IMG/VR virus record: IMGVR_UViG_3300022177_000059
Location: 1 to 27,741 of that record
Length of the DNA stretch: 27,741 nucleotides
Direction: 5' to 3' (one strand)
Source: a virus
Lineage: Duplodnaviria > Caudoviricetes
Shown here: piece after piece, positions 1 through 8,837 of the stretch
Layout: each line of letters opens with the position of its first letter
Position numbering within the stretch: position 1 is the first letter of the stretch
Made by a program: the position numbers and the translations under genes
The notes under the pieces: model-generated
Database searches by the model: none
Told to the model about the DNA's origin: nothing
What the model saw: the letters and a program-made list of their open reading frames with translations, nothing else

Positions 1-1344
1 ATGGGAAAAAAAAGAGGACGTAAAGCAAGCTACATCGTGTATGCAGGGGAAGAAGTTAAAGACCTGATAGACTCTAAAGAAGTAGGAATATCTTTGCACA
101 CTTCCACAAAGAACTACTATACAATGCTCCCTTGTACTACAGGCACAAAAAAACAGTGGCTGGGAAGTGATATAGGTATGGCCGTCTGTCGATTTAAGGC
201 CATTGTAGATAGCTTAAAAGGCAAGTCGGCAAAAGTATCTATAGAAGCAGATAAAGTAAATTTGAACGTTAAAAAAGGAAAGCATATAACAGTAGATACA
301 GACAACGGACAAATACAAGGCTATCAGATTGACAAAAATTATAGCATTCCTGAAACTGTCTTTATAGAATGGCTTAAAAAAGAACTTTTGCATCCAAAAA
401 CGCTTGCCAAAAAAACAGGCATAGAAGCACTTGCAACTATAACAGACGCACTTGCTCAAACAACAGATATAAACCTAAAAGACCTGCTGAAAAAGTATCA
501 AAGCAAGCCCGAACAAATAGACCCTGTAGAAGCCCGAAATTGTGCTAAAGCCTTTAACGACTTTTTGGACGTTGTAGAATGCTCTAAGCTGTCCGAAATC
601 ACTGTAGAAGATATAAACAGATATGAAGCCTATATACACAAATTAGATATATCTAATGTAAGCAAAAAAAATATGATTAATAAAGTAGGAACGATTATCA
701 ACTATTGCACAAAGAAGATTGATTCTACAAAACTTATGCAGTTGCATAAATGGATACAAGGTGTAAATCGTCCTAAAGACGTTAAGCCTTATAATCCTAC
801 TACTATATCCTTAGATGATTTTAATGCTTTATTTGAAGTTGCAGAACTCAAATACAAAGTAATGCTTCTTTTGTCTCTTAATTGTGCTATGTATCCTGTA
901 GATTTATGCAGATTGAAAATAAGTGATATAGATTTCAAACAAGGAACTGTATCTTATAGACGTGGAAAAACAGGCAAAGTTTTAGCTGTATCTACTTTAT
1001 GGACAAGGACAAAAGACCTTCTGCAAAAGTATTTGCAGGAAAGAAAAGGCAAATCTGATTTTGTGTTTATAACTTATTTAGGCAAAGATTTTACTCCTAA
1101 AGGACTATCAGGAATTTTTGATAGAACAATAAGAGAAAAAGCAGGAGTAGATAAAGCAGTAAAACTAAATCACTTACGGGATACATTTTCTACAACAGCT
1201 TTAGATTTAGGATATAGCACTGACCAGATTAATTTAGTTTTAGGACATAGCAGAGGAATACTTGATAGATATGCTTTCAGAAATGCTTCTAAACTTACAA
1301 AAGAAATGTGTGAAGCTGTAGAGACAGAATTTTTCAAAAAGTAA
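1..1344 (+). CDS. int: Tyrosine recombinase/phage integrase
   Basis: C-terminal motifs RRGKT (K323), HLRDTF (H391, R394), LGH (H416) and DRY (Y424). Core-binding-like region LSEITVEDINRY. The first catalytic Arg position is atypical (CAMYPVDL). Confidence 0.92.
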   Translation: MGKKRGRKASYIVYAGEEVKDLIDSKEVGISLHTSTKNYYTMLPCTTGTKKQWLGSDIGMAVCRFKAIVDSLKGKSAKVSIEADKVNLNVKKGKHITVDTDNGQIQGYQIDKNYSIPETVFIEWLKKELLHPKTLAKKTGIEALATITDALAQTTDINLKDLLKKYQSKPEQIDPVEARNCAKAFNDFLDVVECSKLSEITVEDINRYEAYIHKLDISNVSKKNMINKVGTIINYCTKKIDSTKLMQLHKWIQGVNRPKDVKPYNPTTISLDDFNALFEVAELKYKVMLLLSLNCAMYPVDLCRLKISDIDFKQGTVSYRRGKTGKVLAVSTLWTRTKDLLQKYLQERKGKSDFVFITYLGKDFTPKGLSGIFDRTIREKAGVDKAVKLNHLRDTFSTTALDLGYSTDQINLVLGHSRGILDRYAFRNASKLTKEMCEAVETEFFKK

Positions 1345-1368
1345 ATATCGATTATCTATATAAGCAAT

Positions 1369-1407
1369 AAAAAAAGCAGGCCTCGAAAGTTGACCTGCTT
1401 TTTTATT
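1369..1407. terminator. Bidirectional intrinsic terminator between convergent genes
   Basis: AAAAAAGCAGG (1370-1380) pairs with CCTGCTTTTTT (1394-1404); A-tract and T-tract on either side. Confidence 0.85.
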
Positions 1408-1415
1408 TTGATACT

Positions 1416-1697
1416 TTAATCAAGTTTATATCTTACTTTTTTACCTTTTATTTCTAATTCCCATTCCGCTACAGGCTTTAGTATGTCTTTTCTTTTTTCC
1501 CACTCTTTTTTACTTATCAATTGCCCACACTCTAAACACTTCATTTTTTGATTTTCTGCCATAATACTATTTTCTGATAAGCTGTAGTCATATCCATCTG
1601 TTTCTTTATCATACTTATAAGCAATAGCAAAAGTTGAATTTGCATTTAATACATAGTTTTTTATGTTCCCACACTTTGGACATTTTATAGTATCCAT
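1416..1697 (-). CDS. Small zinc-ribbon protein
   Basis: CPKC ... CLEC pair; 93 aa; AGGA RBS upstream. Confidence 0.7.
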   Translation of the reverse strand: MDTIKCPKCGNIKNYVLNANSTFAIAYKYDKETDGYDYSLSENSIMAENQKMKCLECGQLISKKEWEKRKDILKPVAEWELEIKGKKVRYKLD

Positions 1698-1708
1698 AGT
1701 TGTTTTTC

Positions 1709-1942
1709 CTACTGCATTATTTTTTTCAATTTTTTATTTATCATTTTTTGAGCAAGTCCTAAAACTTTTGCCTGCTCTGAATCTGATAAGAAAGAAAGAC
1801 TTGTAAGAATTTTATCAGATACATTTTTTACTTTTGTTGCTCCCTCTGCTTTCATAACTTTTCTTTTTCTCCTTTTAATTTTTTTGACTTTTGGACTTTT
1901 TACGACTACTTCTACTTTCTTTTGTGTTTTTTCTGCTTCCAT
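1709..1942 (-). CDS. Small highly basic hypothetical protein (possibly nucleic-acid binding)
   Basis: Strong RBS AAGGAGTAGTAAAAATG; KKIKRRKRK tract. Confidence 0.7.
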   Translation of the reverse strand: MEAEKTQKKVEVVVKSPKVKKIKRRKRKVMKAEGATKVKNVSDKILTSLSFLSDSEQAKVLGLAQKMINKKLKKIMQ

Positions 1943-1947
1943 TTTTA

Positions 1948-2265
1948 CTACTCCTTATATAGTTTTTTATAGTTCACTATAAAATCATAAATTGCCATTA
2001 AGTCAAAACTTAATCCTATTGCCTGTTTTTTAGTTTGCTTTATAGTTTCAAAAGCAAACTTATATATTTGTCCTGTTACATCTTTACCTGATAGTTTTAC
2101 TTTCCAAGTGTTTTCATTTGACGTTACTGTTATATTCATAGTTTTATTTTTTGCAATTACAACAAACTGACATTTTTTAGCTGTGAATATAAAAGTATTT
2201 CCTTCAGTTTCAAAATCAATAGGATAACATCCGATACTTATTTTTTGTTTCTTCTTCTTTGCCAT
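1948..2265 (-). CDS. Hypothetical protein
   Basis: Strong RBS AAGGAGTAGTAAAAATG; first gene after a sigma70 promoter. Confidence 0.75.
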   Translation of the reverse strand: MAKKKKQKISIGCYPIDFETEGNTFIFTAKKCQFVVIAKNKTMNITVTSNENTWKVKLSGKDVTGQIYKFAFETIKQTKKQAIGLSFDLMAIYDFIVNYKKLYKE

Positions 2266-2293
2266 TTTTACTACTCCTTAAAAAGTGTGTATT

Positions 2294-2309
2294 AAATTGT
2301 GAAAGAACA
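2294..2309 (-). promoter_or_regulatory. boxA-like Nus antitermination element
   Basis: TGTTCTTTCACAATTT matches E. coli rrn boxA TGCTCTTTAACAATTT at 14/16; lies just after the predicted +1. Confidence 0.6.
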
Positions 2310-2319
2310 ATATAAAGAT

Positions 2320-2348
2320 AATATACCGCTGATAGTATTTATATGCAA
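2320..2348 (-). promoter_or_regulatory. sigma70/sigmaA promoter for the 2265-1416 operon
   Basis: TTGCAT-N17-TATATT with an upstream A-tract, directly downstream of a terminator. Confidence 0.7.
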
Positions 2349-2361
2349 ATATTTTTTTTCC

Positions 2362-2403
2362 AAAAAAAATAGTCCCTTTAGTATTGCACTAAAAAGGACT
2401 ATT
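2362..2403 (-). terminator. Intrinsic terminator ending the late operon
   Basis: ATAGTCCTTTTTAGT-GCAAT-ACTAAAGGGACTAT stem (one G-U, one bulge) followed by a U-tract. Confidence 0.85.
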
Positions 2404-2490
2404 AGAAAGAAAGATAAAACTTTTATAGGAGTATTTTATGTTGGCTATTACATAAAATATTAGGAAGGCTTTCTTATATATATTATATCG

Positions 2491-2799
2491 TTATTTTTTT
2501 AGAAGTTCTTTTACATCTAAAGATATTTCATCTAATTTTTTATTCATATTTTTTATTTCTGTTTCTGTTACTACTTTTGATTCTTTAAGTATAGTTATAT
2601 CTTCACTATTCTTTTTTATTTGCTCACAATTCTTTTGTATAGCTAAAGTATTTTGTGCTATAGACTCTGTTAATTTTCCTGCCGCAAAAGTAAAAGTAAG
2701 TATAGTTATCAAAAACAATACTGTTGGAAGTATCAAGTTGACTTTCTCTAATGTTTTCATATATTTTATTATCCCCGATTTTATTATTTTATTAGTCAT
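2491..2799 (-). CDS. Single-TM coiled-coil membrane protein, holin/lysis-like (start may be 2760)
   Basis: Hydrophobic LILPTVLFLITILTFTFAAG followed by a heptad coiled coil; last gene of the late operon. Confidence 0.5.
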   Translation of the reverse strand: MTNKIIKSGIIKYMKTLEKVNLILPTVLFLITILTFTFAAGKLTESIAQNTLAIQKNCEQIKKNSEDITILKESKVVTETEIKNMNKKLDEISLDVKELLKK

Positions 2800-3007
2800 A
2801 TTTATTTATTTCATAAGACCTATTATCTTTTCTTAGTATATATTTATCTTCTGTTTCTTCTATTTCATATCCTTCATTTTTTAGTATATCTAAATTATTT
2901 ATTAGATATTCTGAAGTATCTTCTACTTTATTTTTTGCCCGAAAATATTTAATAACAGATACACTTGCTACTATTAACATAATTCCTAATGTTATTATAA
3001 TTATCAT
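2792..3007 (-). CDS. Small N-terminally anchored membrane protein
   Basis: MIIIITLGIMLIVASVSVI TM segment; AAGGA RBS. Confidence 0.55.
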   Translation of the reverse strand: MIIIITLGIMLIVASVSVIKYFRAKNKVEDTSEYLINNLDILKNEGYEIEETEDKYILRKDNRSYEINKYD

Positions 3008-3032
3008 TCTGTATTCCTTTTCAAATTCCTTC
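3006..3032 (-). promoter_or_regulatory. sigmaH-type late promoter (membrane/lysis genes)
   Basis: GAAGGAATT-N11-ACAGAAT with an upstream A-tract. Confidence 0.6.
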
Positions 3033-3042
3033 TTTTTTTTTA

Positions 3043-5301
3043 TTAAAATTCTTCAGTCAAAGTATATGTTATACTTTCAGTTACTTCAGACGGATTATAT
3101 GGATTTTGGCATTCAATTATAAATGAATAAGGATAAGTAATTGTGCTTTTGATAATCCATATATAATTAGTGCATTTCCATTCTGAATATGATTCATCGT
3201 CTGAAGGATTATCAGATAAATATTTTATCCTATATTGTAATGGAATGCTCTTATAAGTTCCTACAGAATATTCTAAATATAAATATGAAGCATTAAAAAA
3301 TATATTTGTCAATGCAGGATTAGGCAAAGCAAGTGTATAATCTTGTCCGTTTGAATAATAATATGTTCCAGTGAATTTAAAATCTTCTGTATTAGATTCA
3401 GGTGTATAAATATATCCTGAAGGAGTTCCACCGATATCTAAAGCAGGATTTACTATCCAACTTGTAAAACAACTATCCCCACATAAGTAAGGAGAATAAA
3501 TAGTTATCTCTCCATTAGCATTACTTGTGCCTGATACATTAGTAGAGAATTCAGGAAAAGAAATAGTTATAGATACATCTGCAAGATTAAGATTTAATTC
3601 AAGGAAGAATTTTATTCTTGATTCTCCATTAGTCCCATCTTGCACTATGCTAACTTCAAAAGTATCAAAATAAATCGGAGTTAATGTATAAGTATTTTCT
3701 CCTGTTAATCCTGTTGTGCTCCCTGTCCCATATATGGGATATGCTATATACTCTCCCCCTTCACTCATAATATCATGCTGATACTTTGGACGTATATAAG
3801 CAGTATCTAAATCTACTTTGTTTCCTCTTTCAATTGTTGAAGTAGAATCTAAAAGAAAATCTAAACTATGAATTGTAAAACGTTCATCTTCAGTTTGTGT
3901 AGGCAAATAATAGTAAACTTTTCTTTCAGTGCAAAAAATTGGAATGCCTTCTACTTCATATTCAATACTTCCATCTGAATCACTGCATTTTATAATTTTA
4001 GTATCAGAACTTCTATAAAGGATAATTGATTTTGTATTTGTATAATTATATCCTATACTAATTATTTCACATCCCGCAAAATAATCTTCTTCTTCACCTG
4101 AAGGATTAATATCACTACCTGCAATTTTAAATATTTCTGTCTGTGTTAAGTCTTCTGTTGTTTTAAGTAAGTATTGCTCTCCCTGATATACTTTCATATC
4201 CGAAAGCCAGTAGTAATAATTGTCTTTTGATTTAGTTAAAGCAGTTGCAGAATTTATTATCCAACTGCCCATAGATGAAACTCCAGAAGACGTAACGTGT
4301 ATAAGTCCTGCTGTTTGATAAGTGATAAATACACCTGTTGAAGTAGCTTCACAATCTCTAATACCGGATAATGTAAATCTCTGTCCAGGTGGGGGCCAAG
4401 CATATACTAAAGCTAAATCATAACTCCAACTTAATCCACTTATACCTGAAGTAGAATAACTGTAGGCTCTTATGATTGAAGATATAGAACTATTATCAGT
4501 TCCCATAGCTATATAAATTAAATTTGAACTCATAGCAAGGACTTTGCAATTTGCTAAATATCCGTTGTCTGTTCCATTATCAAATATTTTTATGCTATTG
4601 ATTGTGTAATATTCGTCTTGATAGAACTTACTAAGATTTAAATACAGGTCTGCTGTTCCTTCTTCTTGTGTTACATAAGCCACATAAAAGCCTTGCGACT
4701 TCTCCCCTCCTGAAGCAGGATATGTATAAGACGCATAAGAAGAATATACATCTAATGTAGAATGAATTTCTTGAATTAGTGTTCCATCTGTAACTATCCA
4801 AGGTCTATAGCTATCAGGATATGTTTCTGTATCATTTAGCCAACTTTGATATTTAACTGCTCCTATTCCGTCCCAATGTCCAACAATTCTACTATCAAAA
4901 GAAAAATCATATTCATCATATCCTGAAGGATTATCTAAATCAGAAGGATTATCAGGAAAGTCAAATTCTCCATTCCCTTCATATCTTATATGTGGCAAAT
5001 ACATAGAAGGACATAAAAAAGTTTTTGAACTATCTACATTATACTTACTCTCTATTTTGAACTTAGTATATTTTTCATCGAACAAATATTTAGGCTGCTT
5101 GCCTGAAGTACTTGTGGAAGGCTCTAATACTCCTACTAATTTCCCATCAATAACTTTTAGATTATATGAAGATACGTTAGTTGTATCAGAGCTTCTTTGC
5201 AGTTTATTATTTATTTGAGAAGGATAGAAGTTAGGAGTTCCTGCTGTATATCCACTCCTTAGTACTCCTAATGACTGCTTTGCTTGAACTACATTAGCCA
5301 T
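3043..5301 (-). CDS. Large tail-tip/receptor-binding-like virion protein
   Basis: 752 aa, S/T/Y-rich, beta-strand-like composition, downstream of the tape measure; TAGGAG RBS. Confidence 0.6.
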   Translation of the reverse strand: MANVVQAKQSLGVLRSGYTAGTPNFYPSQINNKLQRSSDTTNVSSYNLKVIDGKLVGVLEPSTSTSGKQPKYLFDEKYTKFKIESKYNVDSSKTFLCPSMYLPHIRYEGNGEFDFPDNPSDLDNPSGYDEYDFSFDSRIVGHWDGIGAVKYQSWLNDTETYPDSYRPWIVTDGTLIQEIHSTLDVYSSYASYTYPASGGEKSQGFYVAYVTQEEGTADLYLNLSKFYQDEYYTINSIKIFDNGTDNGYLANCKVLAMSSNLIYIAMGTDNSSISSIIRAYSYSTSGISGLSWSYDLALVYAWPPPGQRFTLSGIRDCEATSTGVFITYQTAGLIHVTSSGVSSMGSWIINSATALTKSKDNYYYWLSDMKVYQGEQYLLKTTEDLTQTEIFKIAGSDINPSGEEEDYFAGCEIISIGYNYTNTKSIILYRSSDTKIIKCSDSDGSIEYEVEGIPIFCTERKVYYYLPTQTEDERFTIHSLDFLLDSTSTIERGNKVDLDTAYIRPKYQHDIMSEGGEYIAYPIYGTGSTTGLTGENTYTLTPIYFDTFEVSIVQDGTNGESRIKFFLELNLNLADVSITISFPEFSTNVSGTSNANGEITIYSPYLCGDSCFTSWIVNPALDIGGTPSGYIYTPESNTEDFKFTGTYYYSNGQDYTLALPNPALTNIFFNASYLYLEYSVGTYKSIPLQYRIKYLSDNPSDDESYSEWKCTNYIWIIKSTITYPYSFIIECQNPYNPSEVTESITYTLTEEF

Positions 5302-5313
5302 AATATATTACTC

Positions 5314-5937
5314 CTAATCAGTGATATAAAATGGAACAGGTAAATGATAAAGGCTTATATAATAATCACTGTATTGAAAACATACTACTAATGAATTTAA
5401 GCTGTAGTGAGATTTTGCACTTGTCATATCGTTTGATACGTGAGAAGGATAACAAAGTATATCAACTATATCAGAAGGATTAGTTTCCAAAAACATTTCT
5501 GCATTTATATTATACTCTACTTTTGTTCCTTCTATAAAAGCACTTCCTTTAGTTGAATATAAAGAAGTTATCTTAAATATATAAAGGCTTGCTCCTCCTC
5601 CTACACTTCCTCCAAAAATAGAAAGACAATACCAGTCCGTTTTTTTAGTCGCACAAAATATATTCCCTGCTGAAACATTCTCTCCATTTTTGTATATAGT
5701 TTGCTGATAGAATGGACTATTTGAATCAGTAATAAGTTGATTATTTGAATCGTAAAATGTTCCTACAAAAGTATCTGTAGATACTGATACAACTTCTCCA
5801 AAAAATATTTGTAAAGAAGGCTTAAAAGGATTTTTAGCACTTTTAACTTTTACCTGCTCTGCTCTATTTGTTGTATCAACAGTTTTATTTAATCTATCTA
5901 CTGTTGACTTTGGCCCTTGTGTAAATTTCTTTATCAT
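5314..5937 (-). CDS. Putative minor tail protein
   Basis: Position in the tail-tip module; 207 aa. Confidence 0.55.
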   Translation of the reverse strand: MIKKFTQGPKSTVDRLNKTVDTTNRAEQVKVKSAKNPFKPSLQIFFGEVVSVSTDTFVGTFYDSNNQLITDSNSPFYQQTIYKNGENVSAGNIFCATKKTDWYCLSIFGGSVGGGASLYIFKITSLYSTKGSAFIEGTKVEYNINAEMFLETNPSDIVDILCYPSHVSNDMTSAKSHYSLNSLVVCFQYSDYYISLYHLPVPFYITD

Positions 5938-5943
5938 ATATTT

Positions 5944-6747
5944 TTAGGATATTAAGTTATTGAAATTTGCAGTTGCATATAGTTGAACATTTTTTTGTGT
6001 TACTCCACTTTCCCAAGTGTCGGGAGCAGGTGGCTCCCCTGTATCAGGCATAATGTAAACTACACTTGTATCCCATCCCCCTAATTGCTTTTCAAAATTA
6101 TATGTTACATCAAACATCCACTGAAGCCCATTAACACTATCATATACGTATCCTACGAAAGTAGAATCAATCCCTGTACAAAGCCAATCCTTTTCATCCC
6201 CACTTAAGTAAGTCCATCCTGAAGCATTTAACGTGCCTACAAAAGAAGCACTTAATCCTATTAGTGCATTTCCTGTACTTGCTTCTCTACGTGTAATCGA
6301 TACACAAGTTGTAGGAATTTGCTTTTGTAACTGCTTTCCTACTGTATCTGTTTTTCCTGCAAGCTCAGGATTAGCTTGATAGTCTGTTGGATATGTATAA
6401 GCTACTTCTATAGCAGAATCATTATAATCTTTATTTGTATCAGAGCTTGTAACACGATTAGAAATTTGTACATTATCGGGAATATTTGTCATAGGCTCAT
6501 ACTGCATAGTAACTTCAACTTGTGAACTTGATATAGCAGTTGCAGTAATGCTTTGTATATATGAATCTGTATAAATAGAATGCTGTTCACCAAGGATATG
6601 AGCAGTTGCAGTAATAGCATTATTTATTTTATCGTCTCCTGTGCTTCCTGTAAGTCCATCTACTAACTCTTTCTTAGTTATACTATATCCTAATGGACTT
6701 TGTGTAACTGTAAATCCATCTACTAAATCTGTATATACTGTTGCCAT
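5944..6747 (-). CDS. Putative tail-tip/distal tail structural protein
   Basis: First gene after the tape measure; acidic and T/S-rich. Confidence 0.6.
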   Translation of the reverse strand: MATVYTDLVDGFTVTQSPLGYSITKKELVDGLTGSTGDDKINNAITATAHILGEQHSIYTDSYIQSITATAISSSQVEVTMQYEPMTNIPDNVQISNRVTSSDTNKDYNDSAIEVAYTYPTDYQANPELAGKTDTVGKQLQKQIPTTCVSITRREASTGNALIGLSASFVGTLNASGWTYLSGDEKDWLCTGIDSTFVGYVYDSVNGLQWMFDVTYNFEKQLGGWDTSVVYIMPDTGEPPAPDTWESGVTQKNVQLYATANFNNLIS

Positions 6748-6754
6748 ATATAAT

Positions 6755-8137
6755 TTACCTGATATTTAAGTTTCTAAGTTGTCTCATTATCTCACTTGTA
6801 TTGAAAGCAGTTTGTTTATTTGCCGCTGTATCTTTTTGTATTTCTTTTACTACAGGGTCCGAAGTTCTTAAAGCCTTAACATCTATTAAAGAAGCATTGT
6901 AAGAAAGTGCATCTGCTTTTTTATCTGCTGATTTTGTTTTTGCATCTGCTATCGTTGTAGCAGTTCCCGCATTAAGAGCAGGAGAAGAAAACTTATCTTC
7001 AATTTCTTTTTTATTTTCATTCAATCTTTTTTGTATATTATCAACAGCACTATCAGAAAATGCTTTGCCAAAACTATCTCCCATTTTATCCCAAGAATCA
7101 CTGCCCATATTAGATAGTGCTTTAGATGATTCTGAAGTAATTTCTTCAATTGTTTTTAGAAAATTAGAAGCTCCTTCAAGTCCAAAAAAGTCTGCCGCTT
7201 TAGCCATAAGCTCTAATACTTTACTTAGTCCCTTTAGGACTATAGACCAACTTTTATAAGTAAGACCTGCCGCCGCATAGAAAACACCTTTTAATAAATT
7301 AACTCCTTTAATAGCCCAATCAATAACATTTACCAGACCTGTCATTTTATCTTTTATCCAATCGCTACTATTTCCCCCTTGCTTTCCTAACTCCAAAAAA
7401 TAATTTGCCGCTAACTGAATATATGGAGCTAATCCAATTGCAATACTATTTATCAATCCTTGAAAGCCTGCCTTTAAAGTTGTTATAGCATCATTAGCCG
7501 CTTCTATTTGTCCTGCTTCTACTCTTGAAAATGATAATCCTAATGCTTCTGCTTCTTTTTGCATTGCATCTAATCCCGCAGAACCTTCTTTTATCAGTGG
7601 AAGTAACTCTGCTCCTGACTTTCCAAACAACTGCATTGCTAAAGTAGTTCTATCTACACTTGTAGGAAGCTCATTTATTTTATCTGCAATCAATTTAAAT
7701 GCTTCATAAGTATCCATTCCCTTTAGTTGCTCTGTAGATAATCCTAATGTAGTAAAACTTTCTTCAAGTGCTTTATTTCCTATACTTGCTTCTCCAATAT
7801 TTTTTTGAAGTTTAGTTAATCCATTAGTAAGAGTATCAAAACTATTGCCCGATAAATCAGAAGCATATTTTAAACCTGCTAAAGATTCTGTAGTAATATT
7901 TAATCTATCAGACAATTTCCCCATTGCATCTATACTTTCAAGTGCCGCCTTAACAGGTATGCTTAATCCTGCTATAGCCGCTCCTCCTATTAAAGCAAAA
8001 GACTTAGCCGCTACTGCTCCTATCTTCCCGATACCTGAAGCAAAAGAAGATAGTGAAGCCTGACTTTTTCTAAGTCCCTTCTCGAATGCTGAAGTATAAC
8101 ATTTTAAAGATACTGCTAATGTTTGAACAGTTGACAT
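6755..8137 (-). CDS. Tail tape measure protein
   Basis: Ala/Gly/Leu-rich helical protein with TMP-like motifs (IDAMGKLSDRL, AMQLFGKSGAELLPLI); follows the chaperones. Confidence 0.9.
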   Translation of the reverse strand: MSTVQTLAVSLKCYTSAFEKGLRKSQASLSSFASGIGKIGAVAAKSFALIGGAAIAGLSIPVKAALESIDAMGKLSDRLNITTESLAGLKYASDLSGNSFDTLTNGLTKLQKNIGEASIGNKALEESFTTLGLSTEQLKGMDTYEAFKLIADKINELPTSVDRTTLAMQLFGKSGAELLPLIKEGSAGLDAMQKEAEALGLSFSRVEAGQIEAANDAITTLKAGFQGLINSIAIGLAPYIQLAANYFLELGKQGGNSSDWIKDKMTGLVNVIDWAIKGVNLLKGVFYAAAGLTYKSWSIVLKGLSKVLELMAKAADFFGLEGASNFLKTIEEITSESSKALSNMGSDSWDKMGDSFGKAFSDSAVDNIQKRLNENKKEIEDKFSSPALNAGTATTIADAKTKSADKKADALSYNASLIDVKALRTSDPVVKEIQKDTAANKQTAFNTSEIMRQLRNLNIR

Positions 8138-8472
8138 TATTTAATCCTGTCGTAATTATTATTATACATATCTGTATAAGCCTTTAATATATTTTTCATA
8201 TCATCCAAGGATTGCTTCTTTTTAGTTTTCGGAGCTTTAAACTTTAACATAAAATCATTTAGCTTATGTTTCTTAGTGCTAAAACTATTTGCCATAGTGC
8301 AACTGACTAAAGCACTTTGTATATCTTGTCTTACTTCTCCAAAAGGAAAGTAGTTAAAATATATCATCCACTCTGTAAGCTCTTTTGAACTGATTCTTTC
8401 AAGCATTTCTCCTACTGTCATTTTTAAATATCCTGCAAGATAAAAAATAAATTGCCTGAAAGAATCATTCAT
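8137..8472 (-). CDS. Tail assembly chaperone, gpT-like part (likely expressed by -1 frameshift)
   Basis: LAGYLKMTVGEMLERISSKELTEW...PFG motif; -1 frame relative to the upstream ORF. Confidence 0.8.
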   Translation of the reverse strand: MNDSFRQFIFYLAGYLKMTVGEMLERISSKELTEWMIYFNYFPFGEVRQDIQSALVSCTMANSFSTKKHKLNDFMLKFKAPKTKKKQSLDDMKNILKAYTDMYNNNYDRIK

Positions 8473-8807
8473 TAGTTTTTTTCTATAGTTCCTTCTGCTT
8501 CTGTTCCTATGCCTGATATTTTACAGCATTCCTTTTCAAGCATAGATAATACTTCAGGATTTTTTGTTCCAAGTTTTTGTAAATCTGCTTCAGAAAATAA
8601 TAGCTTCCCTTCACTATCACAAATACAATTAATCAATACTCTTAACTGTAGCTTATCTAAATCAATTTTATTTTGTACATCTGCTACAAGTTTTGCTCTT
8701 GCATATCCTGACATAGATTTAATAAAGATAGAACCTCCCCACTCAGGAACTTCTATTTCTTTAATCTCAAAATCTTTAGCTTTGAATATATCATCTTTAG
8801 ATAACAT
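8472..8807 (-). CDS. Tail assembly chaperone, gpG-like
   Basis: EIEVPEWGGSIFIKSMSG motif; lies between tail tube and TMP; ends GAA AAA AAC TAA. Confidence 0.85.
   Translation of the reverse strand: MLSKDDIFKAKDFEIKEIEVPEWGGSIFIKSMSGYARAKLVADVQNKIDLDKLQLRVLINCICDSEGKLLFSEADLQKLGTKNPEVLSMLEKECCKISGIGTEAEGTIEKN
8475..8481 (-). other. -1 programmed ribosomal frameshift slippery site A AAA AAC
   Basis: X XXY YYZ heptamer just before the stop; the -1 frame reads ...K-L-M-N-D-S into ORF 8137-8472. Confidence 0.8.
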
Positions 8808-8837
8808 AAAATATTGCTCCTTTTATATATGTTCTTA

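Noticed and set aside
1345-1415. att site or tRNA fragment next to the integrase
   Set aside because: Only a terminator hairpin is evident; no tRNA 3' end and no matching direct repeat in the window
8467-8495. Eighth sigmaH-like site GAAGGAACT-N13-AATGAAT
   Set aside because: Spacer of 13 is outside the 11-12 range, there is no upstream A-tract, and the sequence is constrained by the frameshift site
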